Source: Heptranchias perlo
Taxonomy: Eukaryota
NCBI RefSeq assembly: GCF_035084215.1
Contig: NC_090352.1
Coordinates: 23,126,001-23,190,000, forward strand
DNA: 64,000 nt
Reading direction: 5' to 3'
Positions 36,524 through 48,554 of this stretch are shown here, piece after piece. The translations under genes were made by a program, and so were the position numbers. Position 1 is the stretch's first letter. Every line of letters starts with the position of its first letter. The notes below the pieces were generated by a model. That model worked only from the letters and a program-made list of their open reading frames with translations. It was not told the origin of the DNA and did not search any database.

Positions 36524-39070
36524 CTTGGCAGGGGGATGGGATACAGAGTGGAGCTACAATAGGGGGTGATGTGCAGCCAAATATAGAGAAAAAAACAAGT
36601 CAGCTTGGAAGACAGGGCAAATATGTGAGGGCAAGGCTGGATGGCATCTATTTTAATGCAAGGAGTCTTGCGAATAAGGTGGATGAACTGAAGGTGTTGA
36701 TAAACACATGGGAGTATGATATTGTTGCTGTCACAGAGACATGGTTGAGGGAGGGGCAAGACTGGCAGCTCAATATTCCGGGGTACAGAATCTTCAGGCG
36801 AGACAGAGGGGGAGGTATAAGAGGAGGGGGGGTCGCAATATTAATTAAAGAATCAGTTACTGCCATAAGGAGGGATGATATATTAGCAGGTTCCTCTAAT
36901 GAGGCCATATGGGTGGAGCTTAAAAACAAAAAGGGGGCAAGCACTTTGATGGGAGTGTACTATAGGCCCCCAAACAGTCAGGGGGAGATAGAGGAACAGA
37001 TATGTAGGCAAATCTCAGGAAATTGTGCAAATAATAGGGTAATAATAGTGGGGGATTTCAACTTCCCCAATATTAACTGGGATACTCAGAGTGTAAAAGG
37101 CTTAGAGGGTACAAAATTCTTAACGTGCATCCAGGAGAGCTTTTTGAGCCAGCATGTAGAAAGTCCTACAAGAGAGGGGGCGGTACTGGACCTAATTCTA
37201 GGGAATGTGGCCGGCCAAGTGGAAGAAGTGCTAGTAGGTGAGCACTTTGGTGAGAGTGACCATAATTCGGTGAGATTTAAGGTGGTCATGGAAAAGGACA
37301 CGGAGGGGCCGGAAATAAAGGTTCTAAATTGGGGGAAGGCCGATTTTAATAGGATAAGGCAGGATCTGGCCAAAATGGACTGGGATCAGCTGCTTGTAGG
37401 AAAATCCGCATCGGAGCAATGGGAGTCTTTCAGGAGGGAGATTGAGACCATACAATGGCAACATGTTCCCGTAAAGGTCAAGGGTGGTTCCAAGAACTCC
37501 AGGGAACCTTGGATGTCAGGGGATATACGAGAATGGATTAGGAAAAAAAGGAGGGCTTTTGGCAGATATAAAAGGCTAAAGACGGAGGAAGCCCTAGAGG
37601 AGTACAAAAAGTGCAGGGGGATACTTAAAAAAGAAATTAGGAGATCAAGGAGGGGCCATGAAATAACACTGGCGAGCAAAATAAAGGAAAATCCTAAGAT
37701 GTTTTATAAGTATATTAAGGGTAAGAGGATGACTAGGGAAAAAATAGGGCCCATTAGGGACAAAAATGGCAATCTGTGTGTGGAGCCGACAGATGTAGGA
37801 GGGGTTCTAAATGAATTTTTTGCATCTGTTTTCACTATGGAGAAGGACGATGTAGACATAGAAATACGGCAGGGGGACTGTGATATACTCGAACATATTA
37901 ACATCGAGCGGGAGGAGGTATTGGCGGTTTTAGCAGGCCTAAAAATGGATAAATCCCCAGGCCCGGACGAAATGTATCCCAGGCTACTGTGTGAGGCAAA
38001 GGAGGAGATTGCGGGGGCTCTGACACATATATTCAGAACCTCTCTGGCCACAGGGGATGTGCCAGAGGACTGGAGAACCGCTAATGTAATACCATTATTC
38101 AAGAAGGGGAGTAGGGAAAAACCGGGGAACTACAGGCCAGTGAGCCTAACATCAGTGGTAGGAAAATTATTGGAAAAAATTCTGAAGGACAAAATTAGTC
38201 TCCACTTGGAGAAGCAAGGATTAATCAGGGATAGTCAACATGGCTTTGTCAAGGGAAGATCATGTCTGACTAATTTGATTGAATTTTTTGAGGGGGTGAC
38301 TAGGCGTGTGGATGAGGGTAACGCAGTGGATGTGGTATACATGGATTTCAGTAAGGCCTTCGATAAAGTCCCCCACAGGAGACTGGTCAAGAAGGTACGA
38401 GCCCATGGAATCCAGGGTGCCTTGGCACTTTGGATACAAAACTGGCTTAGTGGCAGAAGGCAGAGGGTGATGGTCGAAGGTTGTTTTTGTGACTGGAAGC
38501 CTGTGGCCAGTGGGGTACCACAGGGATCGGTGCTGCGTCCCTTGCTGTTTGTGTTCTACATTAATGACTTGGATATGAATGTAAAAGGTATGATCAGTAA
38601 GTTCGCTGATGATACAAAAATTGGTAGGGTGGTAAATAGCGAGGAGGATAGCCTCAGTCTGCAGGACGATATAGATGGGTTGGTCAGATGGGCGGAACAG
38701 TGACAAATGGAATTTAACCCGGAAAAGTGCGAGGTGATGCACTTTGGAGGGACTAACAAGGCAAGGGAATACACAATGAATGGGAGGACCCTAGGCAAGA
38801 CAGAGGGTCAGAGGGATCTTGGTGTGCAAGTTCACAGATCCCTGAAGGCGGCGGAACAGGTAGATAAGGTGGTAAAGAAGGCATATGGGATACTTGCCTT
38901 TATTAGCCGAGGCATAGAATATAAGAGCAAGGAGGTTATGATGGAGCTGTATAAAACACTGGTTAGGCCACAGCTGGAGTACTGTGTGCAGTTCTGGTCG
39001 CCACACTACAGGAAGGATGTGATCGCTTTGGAGAGGGTGCAGAGGAGATTCACCAGGATGTTACCAGGGC
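36514..39070 (+). pseudogene. CR1 ORF2 (APE endonuclease + reverse transcriptase), one nonsense codon, C-terminus missing
   Basis: NARSL, VTETWL, YRPP, GDFN, SDH (EN); NYRPVSLTS, DFSKAFDKV, GVPQGSVL, FADD (RT); TGA at 38701-38703 where W is expected (WAEQ*QMEFN). Confidence 0.9.
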
Positions 39071-40964
39071 AAAGGGTTTCAAGCACAGGTGGAACCCAGC
39101 AAGAATCAAAATCTTCAGAAGAGGAGGAGAAAAACTGGAAAAGAACTCGGTAGCAGATGTGCATTATAGATGGGTAATGAAATTTCCTGCTTGGTGTGTG
39201 CTAATTGTGCCAAATTTCATGGTAGTTTTTGCGCAGTTCACTCGGAATTTACTTGACGCTGCTCTCACCTAATTTCTCTTTGGACTGTTAACAGCCATCG
39301 GAGAGAACTGACTTTCATTTCATCTGTCCCAACTGAACTCAGGCCACAGAAACAAGGACCGTCTACTGTGCTATCCGCTCCCTTTGATAACATTTACACT
39401 ATTCAGAACATCGCTTATGGTAAAAATGAATGAAGCCACACTCGGACTGGAGATGACTGACAATAGGATACGCTGTTCTGTAAGGGCACTAAGCGATAAT
39501 CACATAAAGCCTTAATGACTCAAAGTTAATTCATCTGTTCATTATTTCATGAGGAAAAAGTAGCGCGTGAAATTGCTTTACAAGAATCTATGGAGAGTCT
39601 GACACGGTGTGAAGAAGCATCGTAAGGTATCATAGAAATGACCTTAAATTGCTTGCTGACACAAAATATGGAAAACATTGCAAAAGGCTTGACAGTTACC
39701 GCAGCCAAAAAAGACACACAGAGACACAGAGGAATACTTGTATTGAAGACAAGATAGACAGCTGTGGGCACTGTGAGGTGCAGGAAATTGGTTGTGTGGA
39801 GAGCACAAAGACAATGCAGAAATGAAACAGAGGCTAGGGATAAACGATTACCTAAATGTTAAATGTCTTCTGACTTGTGTCAGCTGGGATTGAATTGAAG
39901 CTGTCAAGAGTTCATTTCCTTTGGTGACCCAGAAATTCAGTGGGAGATCCTCAGCTGCTTTTCCTGCATTGGATTTGAAGCAAGCTCTCCAGAGGCAAAG
40001 GGCAATGACTGCTACTACCGCCTTAGGGGGGCCATTCAACACTCAAAATATCTTTCACAACAGTAGGTGTAATACGCAGAGAGAACTGGGAGAGAATTAA
40101 GAGGGATAGGATCCAATTCAGAGTGTGTTTGACATATAAAATATTGACAGAGGAAAGGACATAAAAATCAATGTTTTTTTGAATGAGTTCACTTTGGGGG
40201 TGTCAAGTGAAGACAGTTCTCTGTGTGCTCTTGCAGAAATACTGACGTGCTTTCTTCAATGAGAATAGACTTCTTGTACTATAAGTTTCCTGAACACAGC
40301 TCCAATAAAAACTCACGTCACTACTGATCGGATTCAATCCGAAGTGCTGTTGTGCCAGCAAATTGTAAATTGCTCTCTGCCCTCTGAATACGGAGGATGG
40401 GAAGCAATCTATTGCTAATTTATTTCAGTATTTGGATGCACTTTAAATCTATAATATCCGTTATTGTGAAAGTACCAGGAACAGACTGCAAATGAATAAA
40501 TCTCGCTTTATTTCCATGCCATGTATTGTCTAATTTCATTGTCATGTTGCTTGGGCCACAGACATTACCTCATTTTAGTTACCTATACTGAGTGCCCTTA
40601 TTGCTCTTTAATTCCATGACTGTGGAAATCAACATAGAATTTAACGTCTGCTATATAATATCTCCCCGTGCTATTTTTTCCCTTATTTTCCTCTCCCAAA
40701 TTTCCCCCATTGTAACTGTATTGAAAACATTTCTGTTGTTGAGTCTGAATGATGTCAGTGTTCTAATTGCCATTACTATTCACCTCCTTCATCCCTATGC
40801 ATTTCACACCTTTCATATTTCACCTGTAGTTGAATTGTGCGAAGTGTGAAATGGACGGGGAATTATGCAACCTTAATTGATTTTAGCTCTTTAATAAGGG
40901 GATTGACAGAGTCCATTTTAACAGGTGAGTATGTTTGGATTCAAAGCTTATGCAATCGGATCAT

Positions 40965-41306
40965 TCCAATGCCTCTCTTTCAATCCCCATCATTACCCCC
41001 CTAAATCTGAGCAGCGCAAACTCGAGCAAACCTGGTACACAACTGGTCTAGCCATCCATTGCCAGATCTGGTTTGACCACATCAAACACCATTGTGCTTT
41101 TCTCTCCTCAGTCAAAACCACCTACTGCGTGTAAAGTATTGACAGAGCATAAAAATCATCCTGGAGGGTAAGAATAACCCCAGGCTTCTCCACCATTCGC
41201 ACCTCCTTTAAATACCTTCTCCAAATTCATCTCTTCAACCAAGCTATCGGTCACCTCTGTGAAGCACCTTGGAGCATTTTTTAATGTTAAAGGCACTACA
41301 TAAATG
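40965..41306 (+). mobile_element. L2 fragments (internal + 3' tail)
   Basis: WYTTGLAIHCQIWFDHIKH; tail gtgaagcaccttgg...aaaggcactacataaatg. Confidence 0.65.
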
Positions 41307-41433
41307 AAAGGTAATTGACCTGAAACGTTAACTCTGTTTCTTTCTCCACAAATGCTGCCTGACTTGCAGAGTATTTCCAGCATTTTCTGTTTTTATTTCA
41401 GATTTCCAGCATCTGCAGTATTTTGCTTTTGAT
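41307..41433 (+). mobile_element. Penelope-like family B terminus inserted in an L2 tail
   Basis: aggtaattgacctGAAACGTTaac...gcatctgcagtattttgcttttg; ATAAATG duplicated at 41300-41306 and 41434-41440. Confidence 0.75.
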
Positions 41434-41943
41434 ATAAATGCAAGGTGAGACTGTTATTAGAAGATCAGTGTGAATTGAACCCATTCTGATTCAGAACAAG
41501 TATTGGTTACCTAGTACTTAACACTTAGTTGCCACTTAACACCTGACGGGTTGAAGAGTCATCTGAGACAGCTCGGCATTAATTGATAGCTATTATTATT
41601 GCAAACATCCTAACCCACACTAAATCTCCTATCCCTCCCATGCTTGCCCTTGTCACATGGTCCTTCACTGTCTTGGCCCTCCTTATCTCTGCAACTTCCT
41701 TCAGTCCTACATGCCAGTACATGCCCTTCAGTCTCATCACCTTTTGCATCCTCCCACTATCTCCAACCCATCTTAGGTCGCAGAGTCTTCAGCCTTCTTG
41801 CTCCCTCCTCCAGAAATCTATTCCTAAAACTCTCCGTCTGGGAAATTCGTCTCATTCCAAAAACCACTGCAAAGTGGGCAGCACATCTGGAATGCACGCC
41901 TGATGCTTGCTTGAAATGAGGCCTCAGGCCTGATTTCACATAG

Positions 41944-41982
41944 TTCACCTGACGAAGGGGGAAGCCTCCGAAAGCTTGTGAA
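41944..41982 (+). ncRNA. Minimal hammerhead ribozyme motif
   Basis: TTCAC-CTGACGA-A-GGGGG-AAG-CCTCC-GAAA-GC-TT-GTGAA. Confidence 0.7.
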
Positions 41983-42070
41983 TTTAAAATAAAATTGCTG
42001 GACTATAACTTGGTGTTGTAAAATTGTTTACAATTGTCAACCCCAGTCCATCACCGGCATCTCCACATCA
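41944..42070 (+). mobile_element. Short Penelope-like terminal insertion, family A
   Basis: Reverse complement of 861-987. Confidence 0.8.
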
Positions 42071-45000
42071 TACATAATACCGGCGAGCATTGGACGCCAA
42101 TCAGGCATCCCTTTGCAGCTCACCGGTCTTCTCATAATCGGCCAGCTCGGATGCCGAGCTGGACCGCAGGTAAATCCTGGAATTGGTGGGGGGGTTGCGG
42201 GGGGAGGGAGGTGAATGGATGGGGGGGCGGGGGAGGGAGGAGGGAGGTGAATGGGGGGGGGCGGGGGGGAAGTTGAGCGTGGGCTGGCAGCGGCCTGCAG
42301 AATTACTATGGCTCCATATTAAGGTTAGTTAAAAAAACATAAATCTTACCTTTTCTTCAGGGGCCTTTAAGGATTGCTGATTAGGCCACGATAAACCCTG
42401 AAAAACAGAGCCGAGCATGCAAATTTGGCAGTGGGGTCCTAAAACAGCTGTTAATACTCTGATTAGCATATTCAAGGAGCCTATCGCTTGTTTTAGGCGG
42501 GCGTCCCAGGCACTTCTGGGGGGATTGTGCATGTGATAGCGCACCCGGAAATTCGTACCCTGTCGTGAACTTTGCACCCAATAAACAGGTGCGATGGGGT
42601 GAGAGGGGAAACCAATTTCTCCCACCCATCTGGCAACCATCCAATAACAATAATTCCCCTCTTCAAAGTGCATCTCTGTGGCTTTCAGCCACCTCCCCTA
42701 GCTCCTTCCATTGCTGCTGGGTGTCCGGTTTTGCCTCAGTGAAACCCGTTAGAACGTTTTATTACATTAAAGGCATTATACGAATGGAAGTTGTTTAGTT
42801 TTCTTATTCCACGAGTGCAATTATTACTTTGTGTGGCAGTACAATAATCTCAATTGAATGTAAATGATTTGTGTCCTATACTAAGCAACAAGAATGTGGA
42901 CATAATACTAAATACAGGGAAATTCCTCCCTTCACTTATATAAAAACTATGTTCATCTGGTCTATTCAAAATAACAGAGCAACACAACACATTTAAAACA
43001 ATAGTTATTCTCTTAAAACTCCACAATGCAAATAATTTTTTCCCTTCTGAATTAAATTTGTATTACAATTTCAATTTAATTTTTTTCTATATAAAGTGTC
43101 TGAGTGTGTGCCCAAGAATGTAAAACATTCCAACTCACCTGCTGTTCTCTCTGTGATCCTTTATTATCTCAATGTACAAGTGCTTTAACACAGTAGTTCC
43201 TCCATGTCTCATAAAACTTTTACAATCCTCACTCTTGTAGCTTGCTTGTTATTAATTATTTCCATTGTTCATGTATTCCATATGTAAAAAGAACAGTAGG
43301 CAGGTTGATGCTACAGTATTCCGTGGCGCTCAATTGCCATGCTTTGTAATGATGGCAGGCAGGTTCAGTCCCACACTTTGCTGCGTTCCCTGTCTCAGCT
43401 ATCCTGCTCTCAAGAGGCCCAGGCGCTCCCCATGGTAGTTAAATGAAAATAAGAGAAAGAGTTGGTAGAAGACACTGCTGGATGCTTCTCAGCAGCTGGC
43501 TGAGGGGTAGGTCACCCTTCACCCTCCTCTCCCTCCTTGGACAAGAAGGTGCATGGCCCAGCAAGGCCAATGGAATTTCATATATAGCAACTTAGAGGTG
43601 TATAAAACAAAATGGCACACACTCCAGGTGACTGCTTAGGTTTTTGAAGCACATGTACATATGATAAAGCCAATAGACTGATTGACATATGTCAGCAGGA
43701 CATAGGTTACAAAACGGCTAATTAGCAAGTTTCTCCGAAGCAAATGTAGAAGTTTCAGAAATCTGTATTTGTCGGTCTGCTAATTTACCTCAAATTTTAT
43801 GCGAATGGATGGCAAAGTTCGTTGACTTATTCTTTCACCCATGGGGTTTGAAGCCAAATAGTATCAAAGTATCCTCTCTGTTGAAATTATATTCCCTGAC
43901 ATACACTACAGCAAGCTACACAATCCAGTTCCTAATGAATAGGAATCTGGCACCAAACTGTCCGCACATTTGGCATTATTCTCAGTCTCTATGCTTAGCT
44001 TGCTCTACGGCTCCTATTTCATGTGAATTGAAGAGGCTTTATTTTGCTTAGTTATTTATTCAAATCACAATTCCAACTAAAAAGACCCAGTTCTTAACTT
44101 TGAGTAGACCTTTACTCAAACCAGAAGATTTACAAATGGCTGTTATATGTCTAATGGGAATCTTCTATATTGTACAAGGAAGAAAGACTTGAGTGCATGC
44201 ATGTATATGATAAGGTAACACTATTCAACAAATGAACTGAATCTAGGTACCCGTATAGTCGTTTAACTCATCTTAATCCAAATCGAATAGGTTCCTAACA
44301 AAGTAGAAAGGTAAGCACTACTTAAGCAGTAATCCATTCTGAAGATGTGTTACTCCACAAATAATGCACATTCAGCAAGGCTCATTAATGTTTATTGCAA
44401 CAGAGGATCGTGGAGCAGCTATTCCGAGACTCAGGGGTTTGGCTTAATTCCTTCTTAAATTATCCTTCCAAATTTCTCCCTCCTCCTGCCTTGAGCTGAG
44501 GTACAGTTCCACAGGTGCCATCTGCCGACCAGGACTCACCCAGGTGGTTACACTTGTGATTGAACCATTGGGAGTATTATAACTGAGCCAGGTCCTGTTC
44601 TCACCTGACATTCACATAAACACACACATGCACACTTTCCAGTAGGAGCAATTGGGAGTGACAGTCCTGACTAATATGTCTTTCTCCTCTCTCTCTTGCC
44701 TTTACTTTACAAACCTGTTTTACCTTTGACTCTATACTTGTAGATTTGCTTCCATTTCATTTTGCAGGAAGGAAACCTCATAACCTGTGGAAAGACTTGC
44801 AGAAAGGATCCTAAGAAAATGGAAATGTTCTGCGGCTGTATTTCAATAAAAACAGCAGATTATTCTGCAGCTAATTGGAGTCACAAGAGGCATTGTTTAA
44901 CTACATGATGCAGAAGAATCCATTTATTTAAACCAGTACATCAGTATTCTGAATAAACAAGTGGCAGATGGCATCATGTTTTGCATATGTAATTTTGACT

Positions 45001-45281
45001 AATGAGGCTTGTTACAGTTTAAATGTGTTAACATCTGCTTTGAACTCAAATAAAGGTGTGAACTCTTGCTGTTCAATTGATTTGAAGATTAGTGCTCATT
45101 CCCCACGTTACCAGACCATGCAGGTTATCTTTGCTTCATAACATTAAGACTAACAAAAATGAATTCAGTTGTCAAGACGTCACTAGCTATGGTCATAGTT
45201 CATTTGTTAAAGTTGAACATTCAGTTTGCAATCCATGGAGCTGAGGTGCGCAATGATTTCTGCCAAAAAAGTGAAATCAAA

Positions 45282-45456
45282 GACAATTTTAATCTAACCC
45301 GCCCGTCGGGAAACTGACGGGATCAGTTGCAACGCTGGTTTTACACTCCGCCCAGTTTTACTTGCCTTTGTGGAAAGTAATATTGGGTGGGGTGGAAAGC
45401 CAATGCTCCGCTCAATCCCACGGGTTTCCCATCTGGCCAGTTAGGTTAAAATTGCC
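45282..45456. mobile_element. Palindromic MITE (~175 bp)
   Basis: gacaattttaatctaac / gttaggttaaaattgcc termini with internal inverted blocks; related to 56686-56845. Confidence 0.7.
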
Positions 45457-47434
45457 ATCATGGTTTCTTACAATAATTAATATAAGTCAGCATAATTCCA
45501 GTTTTCAAAAAACTCTTGGGAAGTGTCTATATACAACAGGATATTTCATGTTCTATAATGATCACATTTAAGAGCTAGTGGATATCCTGTGGAATTGCTC
45601 ATATAAAGGCTAAAGTGCATTAGTAATGTTGTGGGCATAGGTATGGGGATCTTCTGAAGCTTATAAAACTCCATGTGGCGGTAGGCTACAGGCACAACAG
45701 TGTGTTACAGAATGGTGAAGCCCAAATGAGGAGTACACAACATACATAGCAAATTTAATACTAGTCAATCTCATGTGGTGTTGCACATGGGGAGACAAGA
45801 CCAGGTGAAATGGCATCAAAGGGCTGCGGATGAGTGGACATAATTCCATTTTAAAGTCATAAATTCTGTCCTTATTTTTATATTTCTATTATAAATTTCT
45901 ATTTCCATGTTTATTATAGAAACTGTCTATGCAAACATGTCATGTTGGAATGACATCTTCCCAATAGTGAAGGCACTGCGGCACCTCCATTGGCAGGAGG
46001 GTGTAATTACAAAGGGAGAAATAGGAATTCGTAATGGTAAAGTTGACAGGAAGTGCACGCAGATGTAAGATTTTTAATATCTTACTAGTCAATCTTCCAT
46101 GATGTTTCCCACAGGGAGTCAAGACCAAGTGCAGTCTGCAGGTCAAGCAGGATTAGAGGGTGGCAGGGAATAATTGGTCCAAGGCAGAGGGACATCAATG
46201 ATGACAGTGGCTAGATAAGGAGGGAGAGTGTTGTGTGGAAAGGGGAAATGTAGAGTAGGTTTGAGACCTGAGAGAGAGGAGAAGGTAAAGCACAGTAAGA
46301 GGCCAAAGGAGAGTTAGAGGCCTGGATGGGTGGGGAGAGAAAAGCTTTAAAGAACTGATTAATACTTACCCTGTGGAAGCTCAGCAGAAAGAAAAATCAT
46401 GATGGTGGCCGAGATGGCACACACAGTTTGGAAAGCTGCTCCACATTCACCTGTGATTGTACAATAAGTGTGACAAGTTTGTGTAGGCAAATCCCATTTT
46501 AAGTGTGAACATTGGACTTTATAATGAGAAAATGTTGACATAAAAAGTGTGATAAAAGCCTGACAACAGGAAGTCAAGTGGCACAGACAGGAAGTGCACA
46601 TAGAGACACGATGTTCAACATGTTATAGATAGATGTGTGTCCCTATTATTTCATTGTGGCAGAGTACTAGCTGGTGTTTGACCTAGGTACAGACTAATTG
46701 ATAGCTAGGATGTATCACAGATGGGTACGTGATCTTGAATTGATTTATGTGCAAAGTGTACAGATACCATGAAGTGAAATGTGGGGCTAGTCCCCACAAA
46801 TTGTACTAGTTGATGTGGACAGTATGACAGTGGCCATTGAGTCAGGTGTACACAAAGGTGTGTGTAATAACTCATTGGCTGAATTAACTCATCATATGAG
46901 TGTTTGATATCAAATCTTTGGGGTAATAACCAAGTGTACCATTGGAAACTGATCCATAATACAATTGGGGTGAAACAAATATCATATACCAACTTCTATT
47001 AATGTTGGAAAAATTGTAATAATTGTATTATTTATTTTGATATGTATATAATAAACGGGTGCCTGTGAGTGATGAAGCAGTTATTAAATCTTAGGGCCTA
47101 ATAGTGTCATAAATCACTTGAACTTCATTTTCAGCTTATAAACTTTATCAGAGTCTTTAGATTCACGGTGGAATATGGATCTTTTTTGTGAAATTCTATT
47201 TTACCATTCAGATGTGAAGCTGCAAATTATGTTGAGTGATGTTAAAGTAGCAGAGAGGAAAGTCTCATTGTGCTTGAAGTTATACAATATTACAGGGCCC
47301 GGTGCTATGGTGATGTTAATTTTATTTTTGGTGATAGAATACACAAAACTCTAATAAGATATACATAACTATTTCACAGAGCCTTGTAACACCGAACACT
47401 TTAGTGTGCATCTATGAAACAAAGAACAATTGTT

Positions 47435-47630
47435 ATACAAGCAAATGTGGTAGCCATTTTGTACATAGAAAGATCCCACAAACAGCAATGAGATGAACGG
47501 CAATGAGATGAATGAGCAGTTAATATTTCTTTTGGTGGCGTTGACTGAAGGAGACCTCTCTACTTTTCTTCAAATAATAAAATCTTTAACATCCATCTGA
47601 ACAGGCAGACGAGATCCCAGTTTAAAGTCT
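47435..47630 (-). mobile_element. Degenerate Deu-domain-type SINE fragment
   Basis: aagatcccacaaacagcaatgag...acatccatctgaacaggcagac, similar to 23350-23540. Confidence 0.6.
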
Positions 47631-48554
47631 CGTACCTTGAAAATAAATGACATAATAATAGAAAAATTACGGGGCATCTTCACTGAGGACTATCTGATAG
47701 TGGTGAGATTTGCTTCAGTTCTTTCCAAAGCTAACAGCCATCATTTAGAGCTGACCTTTCTTTCCTCTTGTTTGACTTCATCAGTTTTTAAACTCAATTA
47801 GTTCCCAGTAAATAAATTAATTGTTAAAAAAAAATTAAGTAATGTGTTCTGCCTGACATCTCAAAAGATACAACGTAAGTGAGATTTAAAGTAAGTATTT
47901 ATGGAAATTGAGCACTTCCAACTCTTCATGCATCTATTTGTAAAGCAATTTCAACCACATTACAGTGCATTCCCTTTGAATAATGTACCTCATACAGAAT
48001 CATGAGATTAATGCTGACATCTTTTGTTTGTGAGGTAAAGCGATCAACTTGGGAAGAGGTGAAAATGTCAGCCTGCAAACTTGTCAAAGCACAAATCACA
48101 GAGGGAAAAGGTCTATGAACAACATTCAGACACTACCTGAAAAGGAAAGAAATAAGGTGTTTTTTTTGCATTTTTATTTGTTTCTGTTCATTTATAAGAT
48201 TCCCATTTTTCACGCCGATATCAAGCGACAGAAATAAATGGCATCTACAGCAGTTTTATTTAGTGAATTTATGTAGAAATTTCTTCTCTAATTTTTCAGC
48301 TTTACAAGTCTAACCTTTCACTGTCCCCTTGGGTTTTGCAAAGAGTTTCATCACATTGCTTTATATCCCAGAATAAGGTTTGAGGCCCCCACAACAACCA
48401 CCACCACCCCTCCCCTCACCCCCACAGCCCTCCCACAATTAATTGGGCATTTGTCCCAAGAGGCAATCCAAGATCAGCTGAAGTCAGCAAGGCTGTTGGT
48501 ATCGAATCCAAGTGATTCAGTTCTGCACTTTTGCCTTTTAAAGTGCATTGAAAA

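Larger units (their letters stand above)
35343..39070 (+). mobile_element. Near-complete CR1 LINE, 5'-intact and 3'-truncated
   Basis: Putative 5'UTR, intact ORF1, EN-RT ORF2; homology ends abruptly after FTRMLPG; 5' boundary approximate. Confidence 0.9.

Noticed and set aside
42187-42270. G-rich tract as a functional G-quadruplex element
   Set aside because: Low-complexity stretch inside MITE-like sequence (~42080-42660); no supporting context.
43130-43215. Minus-strand donor CAG|GTGAGT with open frame MRHGGTTVLKHLYIEIIKDHRENS
   Set aside because: No acceptor, homolog or partner exon recognised; compatible with chance.
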